A stretch of 30,602 bases of DNA from Myxococcales bacterium (GCA_038320275.1 JBBQEB010000025.1:1-30602); one strand, 5' to 3'. Positions 1 to 12,373 are shown, numbered from the stretch's first letter. A program made the numbers and translations. The notes: generated by a model from the sequence alone, not told the origin.

Positions 1-38
1 CAGGGGCCCTGCTCGCTTCGCTCGCTGTCCCTGCCCTT

Positions 39-2531
<2,493 letters not shown>

Positions 2532-2551
2532 CTAGCAACTTACGCGGCGGG

Positions 2552-2580
2552 ATTGTAGCATGCGGGGCCCTTGTGGGCAA
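2552..2580 (-). promoter_or_regulatory. sigma70-type promoter for gyrB
   Basis: The minus strand reads TTGCCC (2580-2575), 17 nt, then TACAAT (2557-2552) with an extended -10 TG, within the recF-gyrB spacer. Confidence 0.7.
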
Positions 2581-2628
2581 CCGTGCGCTCGCACCCGGAG
2601 AGATGCCATCGGGAGCGCCGAAGGACTC

Positions 2629-3744
2629 CTACGCCTCGCGGCGGAAAGAGCCTCCCTCGACGGCGTAGAACACGGTCTCCAGCCCCGCCGCGACCTCCAG
2701 CAAGCGCCGGTCGGTCGTGGTGAGGAGCGCCTGCGCCCCCAGTCGCGCCACGTACTCCAGAAGGAACCGGTTCTTGCGTGGATCGAGCTCGGACGAGACG
2801 TCGTCCAGGAGGAGGAGCGGGGGACGGCCGTGCGCGGCGCGAAGGTTCTCGATCTCCCCGATCTTGAGCGCCAGGACCACCGCCCGCTGTTGCCCCTGCG
2901 AGGCGTACGCCCGGGCACCGTGCGCGCCCAGCGCGAGCTCGAGGTCGTCCATGTGCGGGCCCACGGAGGTGAACCCCCGCTCGCCGTCGCGGCTCGCCCG
3001 CGCCTCCAGGGCAGCCTCCAGCGAGGAAGCCGCCTTCGCCTCGCCTCCTCCTGCGATCACGCCGCCCGCGGCTCGGTAGTGGAGCGCCAGGGCAGCGGCA
3101 CCGGCACCGGAGATCTCGCCGAAGGCGTGAGCCACCCGCGGGGCCAGCTCGGCGAGGAGGGTCGCCCGCCGGACCACGAGCCGCGCACCTGCGCGGACGA
3201 GCGGCCCGCGAAAGCTCCGTTCGACGCCCTCGTCGCCCGCGCGCAACGCCGCGTTGCGCGCCCGCAGCGCGCGAACGTACTCGCGCGCCTCCTCGAGCAC
3301 CGCCGGCCAGCGGTTGAAGGCTGCGCGATCGAGGTGCCTCCTGCGCGCCTCGGGCCCGGCCTTGACGAGCGCCAGGTCGTCTGGCGCGAAGCAGACGGCC
3401 GCGGTGCCCTCGAAGTACGTCGCCAGCCGCTCGGCGGAGTCCACCGGTTTCCCATCGAGGAAGGCAGCGCGGCTCCCTGAAGCGACCTCCACGGCCACCT
3501 GTCGCCGGCCTCCCGGCCCTGCCACCTCCACCGCGACCCTCGCCCGCTCCGCTCCGAAGCGTACGAGCTCGGCCATCCGGGCAGCCCGCAGCGGCTTGAG
3601 CGTCGCGGCGAGGAAGATCGCCTCCAGCAGGTTCGTCTTTCCCTGTCCGTTCTCACCCGCAAGGATCGTCGCGCGCGGCGAAGGCTCGATCACCGCGCGG
3701 GCGATGTTGCGGTAGTCCCTCAGCTCGACCGAGATGAGCCGCAC
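2629..3744 (-). CDS. recF: DNA replication/repair protein RecF
   Basis: 371 aa, GTG start. Walker A GENGQGKTN, ASQGQQR signature and LLLDDVSSELD. Lies between dnaN and gyrB. Confidence 0.97.
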   Translation of the reverse strand: MRLISVELRDYRNIARAVIEPSPRATILAGENGQGKTNLLEAIFLAATLKPLRAARMAELVRFGAERARVAVEVAGPGGRRQVAVEVASGSRAAFLDGKPVDSAERLATYFEGTAAVCFAPDDLALVKAGPEARRRHLDRAAFNRWPAVLEEAREYVRALRARNAALRAGDEGVERSFRGPLVRAGARLVVRRATLLAELAPRVAHAFGEISGAGAAALALHYRAAGGVIAGGGEAKAASSLEAALEARASRDGERGFTSVGPHMDDLELALGAHGARAYASQGQQRAVVLALKIGEIENLRAAHGRPPLLLLDDVSSELDPRKNRFLLEYVARLGAQALLTTTDRRLLEVAAGLETVFYAVEGGSFRREA

Positions 3745-3832
3745 GCGTCAGAACGGGGTCGCGGGGGCTTCGGCAGAGCGCCGGCACGGGTCGGCTCGGG
3801 CAGGGGCGAAGCCGTTCATCGCAGCTCCGCGA

Positions 3833-4984
3833 TCAGATCCGCATGGGCATCACGACGGCGGTGAAGGCGGTGGCGCTCTCGCCGGCAGGGCGGATGACGC
3901 CGGGCGACAGGTCGTCCGCGAGCTCGAGCACCACGTCCTGCACCGCGACCGGCTCCAGCGCGGCCAGGGCCCCGAGCACGTCGATGAGGTACCGCGCGTT
4001 GAACCCGATCTTGAGCTCCTCGCCGGTGTACTCGACAGGCAGCTCCTCCTTCGCCTCGCCCAGTTCGGGGTTCTGCGACATGACGCGCATGAGCCCGGAC
4101 GACAGCTCGAGCTTCACCGCGTGCGCCTTGTCCGAAGACACGAGGGACACCCGGCGGAGCGCATCGAGGAGCCGGTCCCTCCCCACCTGCACGCGCTTCT
4201 CCCCGCCTTTGGGGATGACCTGACGGTAGTCGGGGAAGACGCCCTCGATGAGCCGCATGGTGAGCTTCACGTGCGGCCGCTCCACCACCGCGCTGTTCTC
4301 GACGAAGGCGAGCCGCGTCTCTCCTTCGCCGGTGCCTTCGAGGAGGAGCTTCTTCATCTCGGCGAGACCCTTGCGCGGGACGATGACGCCTTTCTTCAGG
4401 CCCAGCTCGCCGGCCAGAGGCCGCTCGGCCATCGAGAGGCGATGACCGTCGGTCGCCACCGTGCGGAGGATCGGGTCTCCTCCACCGACCGCAGCCCCGG
4501 ACTCGAAGAAGACGCCGTTCAGGTTGTAGCGCGTCTCGTCCGACGAGACGGCGAAGGAGGTGAGGTCGATGAGGGTGAGCAGCATCCGCGCGTCGATGGC
4601 GACGAAGGGCACCTTGTCGAAGCGGGGCCGCGCCGGGAAGTCGTCGGCAGGGAGCCCGACGATGCGGAACTCGGCCGCGCCGCTGCGCAGCTCCAGGTAG
4701 TGGTTGGAGGCACGCTTCAGCACCACGTCCTTCTCCGGAAGCGCCCTCACGATCTCGTAGAGCTGCTTGGCCGGGACGGCCACCTTGCCCTCCTTGAGCA
4801 CCTCGCAGGGATGGTCGCTCGCCACCGAGATGTCGAGGTCGGTGGCGGCCACCGCCAGTCCGCTCCCTTTCCCAGCCTCGAGGAGGACGTGGGAGAGCAT
4901 CGGCATGGTGCTCTTCCGCTCGGCGATCCCCTGGGACCGTGCCAGCGCCTTCGCGAGCTCCTGCACAGCGATCTTGAGTTCCAT
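3833..4984 (-). CDS. dnaN: DNA polymerase III beta sliding clamp
   Basis: 383 aa. Motifs ATDLD, ATDGHRL, FPDYRQVIP, IGFNARYL and C-terminal VVMPMRI. Confidence 0.98.
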   Translation of the reverse strand: MELKIAVQELAKALARSQGIAERKSTMPMLSHVLLEAGKGSGLAVAATDLDISVASDHPCEVLKEGKVAVPAKQLYEIVRALPEKDVVLKRASNHYLELRSGAAEFRIVGLPADDFPARPRFDKVPFVAIDARMLLTLIDLTSFAVSSDETRYNLNGVFFESGAAVGGGDPILRTVATDGHRLSMAERPLAGELGLKKGVIVPRKGLAEMKKLLLEGTGEGETRLAFVENSAVVERPHVKLTMRLIEGVFPDYRQVIPKGGEKRVQVGRDRLLDALRRVSLVSSDKAHAVKLELSSGLMRVMSQNPELGEAKEELPVEYTGEELKIGFNARYLIDVLGALAALEPVAVQDVVLELADDLSPGVIRPAGESATAFTAVVMPMRI

Positions 4985-5234
4985 GAAAAGGAGATCCTCT
5001 CTTTCTCTTCTCTTCGTAAACGTCGTAGGGATCGTGAAGAAGTGGAAAGTCAGCCTTCGGCACCGGAATCACGGAAGGATCCGGCGACGTCAGCTCTCCG
5101 ATCAGCGTGGGGACGATTTGTGGAGCGAGGTGAGCACCGGGCCGCCAGCCCAGGTCCACCGGGCCCGCCACACGCTGATCGGGCGGTCTTCCACGATCCC
5201 GTGCACACGGACGGAGCGTCGAGCCCGGACGCGC
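4985..5234. other. putative replication origin oriC (dnaA-dnaN intergenic)
   Basis: 250-bp non-coding spacer with a low-GC pyrimidine tract (about 4996-5020). It has trio-like triplets followed by two tandem DnaA-box-like sites (5014-5049), further degenerate boxes at 5106-5209, and a 12-bp inverted repeat. parS/parAB lie about 5 kb away. Confidence 0.7.
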
Positions 5235-6614
<1,380 letters not shown>

Positions 6615-6750
6615 GCGGTGACTCTCCCTTTCGGGACGACAACGCACGTCTCCAGGCCCCCGGACCGTTGGCCCGGCGGTGGCGAAGTGCGTGGGTTAGT
6701 AAGGACGGGGCTCGCTGGCCCGGCGACGATGGCGTGAGGAGTCGGCGCGC

Positions 6751-6780
6751 AACTTAGCCCCGGCCCGGCGGGTGGATCAA
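6751..6780 (-). promoter_or_regulatory. candidate dnaA promoter with an overlapping DnaA-box-like site
   Basis: The minus strand reads TTGATC (6780-6775), 18 nt, TAAGTT (6756-6751). TGATCCACC (6779-6771) matches TTATCCACA at 7/9. Confidence 0.4.
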
Positions 6781-6917
6781 GGGCGCGTTCGGAGCCCGCT
6801 GAAAGACCGAGCTTTTCCCAGATGGCGCGAAAGGGGCGCTCGGGCGAGCCGCAGCGGCGAGGCGGATGGCCCTGCAAACCTTGACACGCTGCGAACGATC
6901 GTGGAGGTTGCCGCGCC

Positions 6918-7067
6918 ATGAAGCGCACCTATCAACCGAAGAAGGCGAAGAGAAACAGGACGCACGGCTTCCGCCGGCGGTCGAAGAGCCCGGGCGGGCG
7001 CAACGTGCTGAAGCGGCGGCGCGCCAAGGGGCGCAAGCGGCTCACGCCCAGCGCTCCCAAGAAGTAG
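6918..7067 (+). CDS. rpmH: 50S ribosomal protein L34 (absent from the ORF track)
   Basis: Manual translation gives [49 protein letters not shown] (49 aa). GGAGG at 6903-6907 and a perfect TTGACA at 6881-6886. Confidence 0.97.
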   Translation: MKRTYQPKKAKRNRTHGFRRRSKSPGGRNVLKRRRAKGRKRLTPSAPKK

Positions 7068-7083
7068 CCGCCGTGTCGAGGAC

Positions 7084-7419
7084 GTGAGGCTGCCGAAGTC
7101 TGCGCACCTCACCCTGCGGCGCGAGTTCCTCGCGGTGCAGGAGAGGGGACGCAAGCTGCACTCCAGCGCGTACGTGGTCCTCGCTCTCCCCAACGCGCTC
7201 GGCTGCGCGCGCCTCGGCGTGACAGTCTCGCGCCGGGTGGGGAACGCGGTGGTCCGGAACAGGGTGAAGCGCTGGGCGCGCGAGGCCTTCCGCGCGGATC
7301 GCGATGCCCTGCCGGCCCTCGACATCGTCCTCATCGCTCGCGGCGGCGCGGCTTCGGCGGGGCTCCTGGCCGCGCAGCGGGCGGTCGCCGCGGCGCGGGC
7401 GCCGATGAGGAACCCGTGA
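7084..7419 (+). CDS. rnpA: ribonuclease P protein component
   Basis: [21 protein letters not shown] (RNR motif), directly after rpmH. Confidence 0.95.
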   Translation: MRLPKSAHLTLRREFLAVQERGRKLHSSAYVVLALPNALGCARLGVTVSRRVGNAVVRNRVKRWAREAFRADRDALPALDIVLIARGGAASAGLLAAQRAVAAARAPMRNP

Positions 7420-7628
7420 TGAAAGCCGTCCTGCTCGCGATGCTGCGCGCGTATCAGTGGATCGTCTCGCCGATGCTTCCGCCGGCCTGCCGCTTCCACC
7501 CGACCTGCTCCGCCTACGCGGTGGAGGCGATCCGGCGGCATGGGCCCTGGCGGGGAACGTGGTTGGCGATGAAGCGGCTGGCGCGCTGCCAACCGCTGTG
7601 CGACGGCGGGCTCGATCCGGTGCCGTGA
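7416..7628 (+). CDS. yidD: membrane protein insertion efficiency factor YidD
   Basis: [22 protein letters not shown] and GGLDPVP. The start is GTG 7416 or ATG 7419. Confidence 0.95.
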   Translation: MMKAVLLAMLRAYQWIVSPMLPPACRFHPTCSAYAVEAIRRHGPWRGTWLAMKRLARCQPLCDGGLDPVP

Positions 7629-7652
7629 CAGACAGAGCTGGGGAGATGACAC

Positions 7653-9287
7653 GTGGGTCCTGACAATCGCCGGTTCATGATCGCGGCTGCGCTGTGCTTC
7701 GCCATCGTGCTGGGCTGGCAACTGCTGTTCCCACCCCCGAAGCGGCCCCCCGCGCGCGCCGGCGCGCCGGACGCGGGTGCCGTCTCGAGCGCAGCGGGCA
7801 CCGCGGTTGCCCCTCCCGGCGGGGCGCAGGCTCCCGTCCCCGCCGCGAAGCCGGTGCCCAGCGAGCCCGAGAAGCTGGTGCAGCTCGACACCCCGGAGGC
7901 TCGCCTCGTCTTCAGCTCGCACGGAGCGGCGCTGAAGAGCTTCGAGCTCAAGGGCACCAAGTTCCGGCGGGCCTCCAAGGGCAAGGACGAGGCGGTGGAT
8001 CTGGTGCACGTGGCCGAGGGGGACGCCTACCCCGGCTCGATGGTCGCGTCGACCGAGCTGGGCGGGAATGGCGCGCTCAGCGCCGACCCGGCAGCCCGCG
8101 CGAGCTGGCGCGTGGCGGCGCAGGACGCGCACAGCGTCACCTTCGAGGGTACGGTGGGCACCGCGGAGGTGCGGAAGAGGTACACGGTCGGGCAAGCTCC
8201 CTACGAGATCCGGCTGGAGCTCCACGCCACGTCGCCGGTGAAGGGCGATCTCCTCCTGCTCTATCCCGCCTTCGTGCCGCCCGACGCGCCGAAGGGAGGC
8301 TTCTTCTCCGGGGGCGAGGTGGTGGAGGCGGTGACGCCCATGTGCCGGACCGGCGGAAAGACGGTCCGCTTCGGGGGCAAGGAGGCGCGGGAGACGGTGC
8401 CCGGTGTCCCGACATGGGTGGGCCTCGATCAGCACTACTTCGTCTCGGCGCTGCTTCCCACCCCGGAGCTGGGCGAGTGCATGTTCTTCCGCGGTCCAGC
8501 CGCGGGCGCGACGGGCATGGCGCTCCGGATGCCGCTCGACCGGACCTTGGACGTGGCATTCCGCATCTACAAGGGGCCGAAGCAGGTGGATCTGCTGCGG
8601 GCGATCGGCCGCGACCTCGACACGGCGGTGGATTACGGCACCGTCACCAACCTGTTCGCGTTCTTCGCCCGCATCCTGCTGTGGGTCATGCGAACGCTCC
8701 AGTCGGTGGTGCGCAACTGGGGCCTCGCGATCATCCTCCTCACCGTGGTGGTGAAGGCGCTGCTCTACCCCCTCACCGCGCGCTCCATGCGGTCGATGAA
8801 CGAGATGCGGAAGCTGCAGCCCGAGATCGACAAGTTGAAGGCCAAGTTCGGGACCGACAAGGAGAAGCTGAACGCGGCGACGATGCAGATGTACCAGCAG
8901 CACAAGGTGAATCCGCTGGGTGGCTGCCTGCCCATGATCATCCAGATGCCGATCTGGTTCGCGCTCTACGCCACGCTGCAGACCTCCGTCGAGCTCTTCC
9001 ACGAGCCGTTCCTCTGGGTGCGGGATCTGACGCACTTCGACCCCTATTACATCCTGCCGCTGGCCATGGGTGCCTCGAGCTTCCTCATGCAGAAGATCTC
9101 GCCGCAGCCGGCCGACAACGCCCAGGCGAAGATGCTGCTGTACTTCATGCCCATTTTCTTCACCTTCATCATGCTGCGGCTGCCGGCGGGGCTCACCCTG
9201 TACATCCTCGTGAACAACCTCCTCTCCATCGCACAGCAGCAGTACCTCATGAGGCGGCACGCGGCGCCGGTGCCAGTCAGGGCCTGA
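7653..9287 (+). CDS. yidC: membrane protein insertase YidC
   Basis: 544 aa with an N-terminal TM helix and periplasmic domain, then NWGLAIILLT, VNPLGGCLPMIIQMPIW, DPYYILP and GLTLY. Confidence 0.97.
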   Translation: MGPDNRRFMIAAALCFAIVLGWQLLFPPPKRPPARAGAPDAGAVSSAAGTAVAPPGGAQAPVPAAKPVPSEPEKLVQLDTPEARLVFSSHGAALKSFELKGTKFRRASKGKDEAVDLVHVAEGDAYPGSMVASTELGGNGALSADPAARASWRVAAQDAHSVTFEGTVGTAEVRKRYTVGQAPYEIRLELHATSPVKGDLLLLYPAFVPPDAPKGGFFSGGEVVEAVTPMCRTGGKTVRFGGKEARETVPGVPTWVGLDQHYFVSALLPTPELGECMFFRGPAAGATGMALRMPLDRTLDVAFRIYKGPKQVDLLRAIGRDLDTAVDYGTVTNLFAFFARILLWVMRTLQSVVRNWGLAIILLTVVVKALLYPLTARSMRSMNEMRKLQPEIDKLKAKFGTDKEKLNAATMQMYQQHKVNPLGGCLPMIIQMPIWFALYATLQTSVELFHEPFLWVRDLTHFDPYYILPLAMGASSFLMQKISPQPADNAQAKMLLYFMPIFFTFIMLRLPAGLTLYILVNNLLSIAQQQYLMRRHAAPVPVRA

Positions 9288-9305
9288 AAGGGATCGGGAA
9301 CGACC

Positions 9306-9821
9306 ATGGCTTACGAGGACCGCGAGAGAGATTTTGGGCCGCCGCCGGTGGAGGCGCCCGAGAAGGTGGCAGCGGCGCGGGCGTTCTGCGAGGAGCTCCT
9401 CGCCAGGATGGGGGCGGCGGTGGAAGTCGAGATCCGCGAGACCCCCGAGGCGATTGGGGCGGCGCTGCGCCCCAAGGACGGCAACACGCTCGAGCTCGGC
9501 TCGGCTCTGGTAGAGGCCATGCAGGTCCTCGTGAACCGGGTGGCGAACCCCCGGGCGGAGGGGCGCAAGTGGGTGAATCTCGAGGTGGGCGGGTTCGGTG
9601 ACGAGGCGAGTCCGCTCGTCCGGGCGATGGCGGAGCGGCTGGCCGGCTCGGCGCGACGAACCGGCAAGGTGATGGCGATCGGCCCCATCAGCGCCCGCGA
9701 GCGGCGCCAGATCCACCTCGCGCTGGTGGACGTGGAGGGAGTGTCGACGCGGAGCGAGGGCGAAGGACTCTTCCGCACGCTCCTCGTCGTGCCCGACAAG
9801 GCCGCCTCTCCCCGTTCTTGA
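9306..9821 (+). CDS. jag: short Jag/EloR (KhpB)-family R3H RNA-binding protein
   Basis: R3H motif ERRQIH and TRSEGEG...R, at the canonical position after yidC. Only 171 aa. Confidence 0.8.
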   Translation: MAYEDRERDFGPPPVEAPEKVAAARAFCEELLARMGAAVEVEIRETPEAIGAALRPKDGNTLELGSALVEAMQVLVNRVANPRAEGRKWVNLEVGGFGDEASPLVRAMAERLAGSARRTGKVMAIGPISARERRQIHLALVDVEGVSTRSEGEGLFRTLLVVPDKAASPRS

Positions 9822-9839
9822 TCCTGTCGAGGCTCGGTC

Positions 9840-10520
9840 GTGCCGCTGCCCGCCGCCTTCGATGAGGCGCTGGAGGCTGGCCTCCGCGAGCTCCGCGTCG
9901 GGGTGGACGCGCGCGGGATGGACCTGCTCCACCGCTACGTGGAGCGGTTGCTCTTCTGGAACAGGAAGGTGAACCTCACCTCGGTGGTGGAACCTGCCGA
10001 GGTGGCGGAAGTTCACCTGGTCGACTGTCTCGCGCTCCTGCGCTCGATGGACCAAGGCAGGACGGTGCTGGACGTGGGATGCGGTCCCGGTCTACCCGGC
10101 GTGGTCTTGGCCTGCGCCTGCCCTACACTGCATGTCACGTGTTGTGACTCCGTCGGTAAGAAGATCGCGTTCGTAAAGAGCGTCTGCGCGGACCTCGGGG
10201 TCCCGGTGGACGCGAGGACCGTGCGCGCTACGGGGCGCCCGTTCGACGACGGATTGCCCGCTGCGCAGGTGGTCATGAGCCGGGCCGTAGCCGACCCGGT
10301 GCGGTGGCTCCCACTCGGGCGGGGCTACCTTACGGAAGGCGGCCGGCTCCTGGCGATGCTTGGCGGGGGGACGGATGACGCGGAGTTGGTGCGCCTTGGA
10401 CGGCAACACGGCCTGCGGCTCGCGGGGAGCGATCGCTTCCGGCTCCCCAGGTCAGGGGCCCTCCGCTGTGTCGCAACCTTCGTCGAGGCGGGTGAACGGC
10501 TGCTGCTCGAGCCCCGCTAG
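9840..10520 (+). CDS. rsmG: 16S rRNA m7G527 methyltransferase RsmG (GidB)
   Basis: WNRKVNLTS, HLVDCL, SAM motif DVGCGPGLPG, DSVGKKIAF and SRA. GTG start. Confidence 0.93.
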   Translation: MPLPAAFDEALEAGLRELRVGVDARGMDLLHRYVERLLFWNRKVNLTSVVEPAEVAEVHLVDCLALLRSMDQGRTVLDVGCGPGLPGVVLACACPTLHVTCCDSVGKKIAFVKSVCADLGVPVDARTVRATGRPFDDGLPAAQVVMSRAVADPVRWLPLGRGYLTEGGRLLAMLGGGTDDAELVRLGRQHGLRLAGSDRFRLPRSGALRCVATFVEAGERLLLEPR

Positions 10521-10571
10521 CCCCTCCCCGAGGCAAGGCTGGGGAGGTGTGTCCGGGCGAGGTGGTCTGAG

Positions 10572-10587
10572 GGTTCCACGTGGAACG
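10572..10587. promoter_or_regulatory. parS centromere site 1
   Basis: GGTTCCACGTGGAACG: a 14-bp perfect palindromic core matching the TGTTNCACGTGNAACA consensus, upstream of parA. Confidence 0.9.
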
Positions 10588-10605
10588 CGGTTTGCGGTAC
10601 AGACG

Positions 10606-10621
10606 TGTTCCACGTGGAACA
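10606..10621. promoter_or_regulatory. parS centromere site 2
   Basis: TGTTCCACGTGGAACA is a perfect palindrome, extending to 18 bp at 10605-10622. Confidence 0.95.
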
Positions 10622-10715
10622 CCCCACCGCCCTACCGGCGCGGTGAGGTCCGAGGGAAGGCGAGGATGAGGGGAAGCCCGACCGTCATGCCGAGCAGACC
10701 AGTGAGGTTGCAGCG

Positions 10716-11495
10716 ATGACCCGCGTCGTCACGGTGGCGAACCAGAAGGGCGGCGTGGGGAAGACCACCACCGCCGTGAACCTCGCCGCATCCCTGGCCG
10801 CCGCCGAGCGAAGAACGCTCCTGGTGGATCTCGATCCGCAGGGAAATGCCGGGTCGTCCCTCGGGGTGACGAGGGACGAGGTGGAAGGGAGCGTTTACGA
10901 GGTCCTTCTCGATGGTCGCCCTCTGCGGGAAGTGGTGCGCCGGACCGAGCTCAAGTTCCTGGATCTCGTCCCGGCCAGCCGACACCTGGTGGGCGCCGAG
11001 CTGGAGCTCGCCGGCGAGGAGCGCCGGGAGAGGCGGCTCGCCGAGGCGATGGCGGGAGCGATCGCGCCCTACGACTTCGTCCTCATCGACTGTCCCCCCT
11101 CTCTCGGCCTGCTCACCCTCAACGCCCTGGTCGCCGCGCACGGAGCGCTCATCCCATTACAGTGCGAGTACTTCGCCCTGGAGGGTCTCGCGGATATCCT
11201 CCGCACCCTCGAGCTCGTCCGGGAGAGCGCCAACCCCGAGCTGCACGTGGACGGCATCGTCCTCACCATGCACGCCGCCAACAACCTGGCCGGGCAAGTG
11301 GAGGCCGAGATCCGGACACACTTCAAGAAGGAGGTCTTCAAGACAGTGATCCCGAGAAACGTGCGCCTGTCCGAGAGCCCGAGCCACGGCAAACCGATCC
11401 TGCTTTACGACGTCGCCTCCAAGGGGTGCCAGAGCTACCTGGAGCTGGCGCGTGAGTTCGTCCGTCGCTCCGCCCGGCTGAGGAGGGCTGCCTGA
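10716..11495 (+). CDS. parA: chromosome partitioning ATPase ParA/Soj
   Basis: Deviant Walker A NQKGGVGKTT, DLDPQGNA, IDCPPSLG, QCEYFALEG and IPRNVRLSESPSHG. Confidence 0.97.
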   Translation: MTRVVTVANQKGGVGKTTTAVNLAASLAAAERRTLLVDLDPQGNAGSSLGVTRDEVEGSVYEVLLDGRPLREVVRRTELKFLDLVPASRHLVGAELELAGEERRERRLAEAMAGAIAPYDFVLIDCPPSLGLLTLNALVAAHGALIPLQCEYFALEGLADILRTLELVRESANPELHVDGIVLTMHAANNLAGQVEAEIRTHFKKEVFKTVIPRNVRLSESPSHGKPILLYDVASKGCQSYLELAREFVRRSARLRRAA

Positions 11496-12373
11496 TGTCG
11501 CTCTCCGACCGCCGGCGCCCCGCCCTCGGGCGCGGCATGGCAGCCCTGCTTCCCAACGCGCGCGCTCCCTCTCCTGCCCAGCGGCCCGCGGGGCGAGGGC
11601 TGCTCACCCTCCCCATCGAGGCGATCGAGCGCAGCCCTGGGCAGCCCCGCAAGCGCTTCGACGACGCGCGGCTGGAAGAGCTCGCTGCCTCGATCCGCAC
11701 GCACGGGGTGGTGGCGCCCATTCTCGTGCGCCGCAGCGGAGAAAAGTACCGGATCGTGGCGGGCGAGCGCCGCTGGAGGGCGGCCCAGCGGGCCGGCCTG
11801 CGGGAGATCCCAGCGGTCGTCCGCGATGTCACCGACACCGAGGCCTTCGAGATCGCCCTCGTCGAGAACCTTCAGCGGGCCGACCTGAACGCCATCGAAG
11901 AGGCGGAGGCGTTCCGAAGCCTCATCGATGAGCACGGTCTCACGCAGGAGGGGATCGCTGAGCGAGTCGGGAAGGAGCGCTCCACGGTCTCGAACGCTCT
12001 GAGGCTCCTGAGGCTGCCGGTGGATGTGCGTGACGCGGTGCGTCAGGGTGCGCTGGACATGGGCCACGCACGCGCCCTGCTGACCCTCGAGGGGGAGGAG
12101 CCTATCCGCAAGGCAGCGGCCCAGGTCCTTCAGGATCGCCTCTCGGTACGGGCCACCGAATCGCTCGTCCGCCACCTCTCCGGCGCCTCGCCGCGCCCGA
12201 AGCGCGCCAAGCCTCCGGATTCACCGGCCATCCGCGCCGTCGTGCAGCGACTGGAGCACCGCCTGGGCTGCAGGTGCCGGCTCATCCCGAGCTCCGAAAC
12301 TGGTGGAAGGCTTGAATTTGACTACACTTCCCTGGAGGAGTTGGACGGAATACTCGCGCGCATCGGGGCGTAG
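11495..12373 (+). CDS. parB: chromosome partitioning CTPase ParB/Spo0J
   Basis: LGRGMAALL N-terminal peptide, QPRKRF, GERRWRA, ENLQRADLN and HTH GKERSTVSNALRLL. TGATG overlap with parA. Confidence 0.97.
   Translation: MSLSDRRRPALGRGMAALLPNARAPSPAQRPAGRGLLTLPIEAIERSPGQPRKRFDDARLEELAASIRTHGVVAPILVRRSGEKYRIVAGERRWRAAQRAGLREIPAVVRDVTDTEAFEIALVENLQRADLNAIEEAEAFRSLIDEHGLTQEGIAERVGKERSTVSNALRLLRLPVDVRDAVRQGALDMGHARALLTLEGEEPIRKAAAQVLQDRLSVRATESLVRHLSGASPRPKRAKPPDSPAIRAVVQRLEHRLGCRCRLIPSSETGGRLEFDYTSLEELDGILARIGA

Noticed and set aside
3745..3832. Possible structured RNA between dnaN and recF
   Set aside because: Only interrupted complementarity (GAACGG/GGCTTCG with CGAAGCCGTTC), which is expected by chance at this GC content.
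6866..7087. 73-aa ORF in the track upstream of rnpA
   Set aside because: It overlaps the real rpmH (6918-7067) in another frame.
6777..10055. 1092-aa minus-strand ORF
   Set aside because: It is the antisense shadow of rpmH-rnpA-yidD-yidC-jag. High-GC codon bias removes stops from this frame, and it has no recognisable motifs.
9840..10715. Apparently more A/T-ending codons in rsmG, suggesting foreign origin
   Set aside because: This is an impression only and was not computed. The gene is in its canonical syntenic position with no mobility signatures, so low expression is a simpler explanation.
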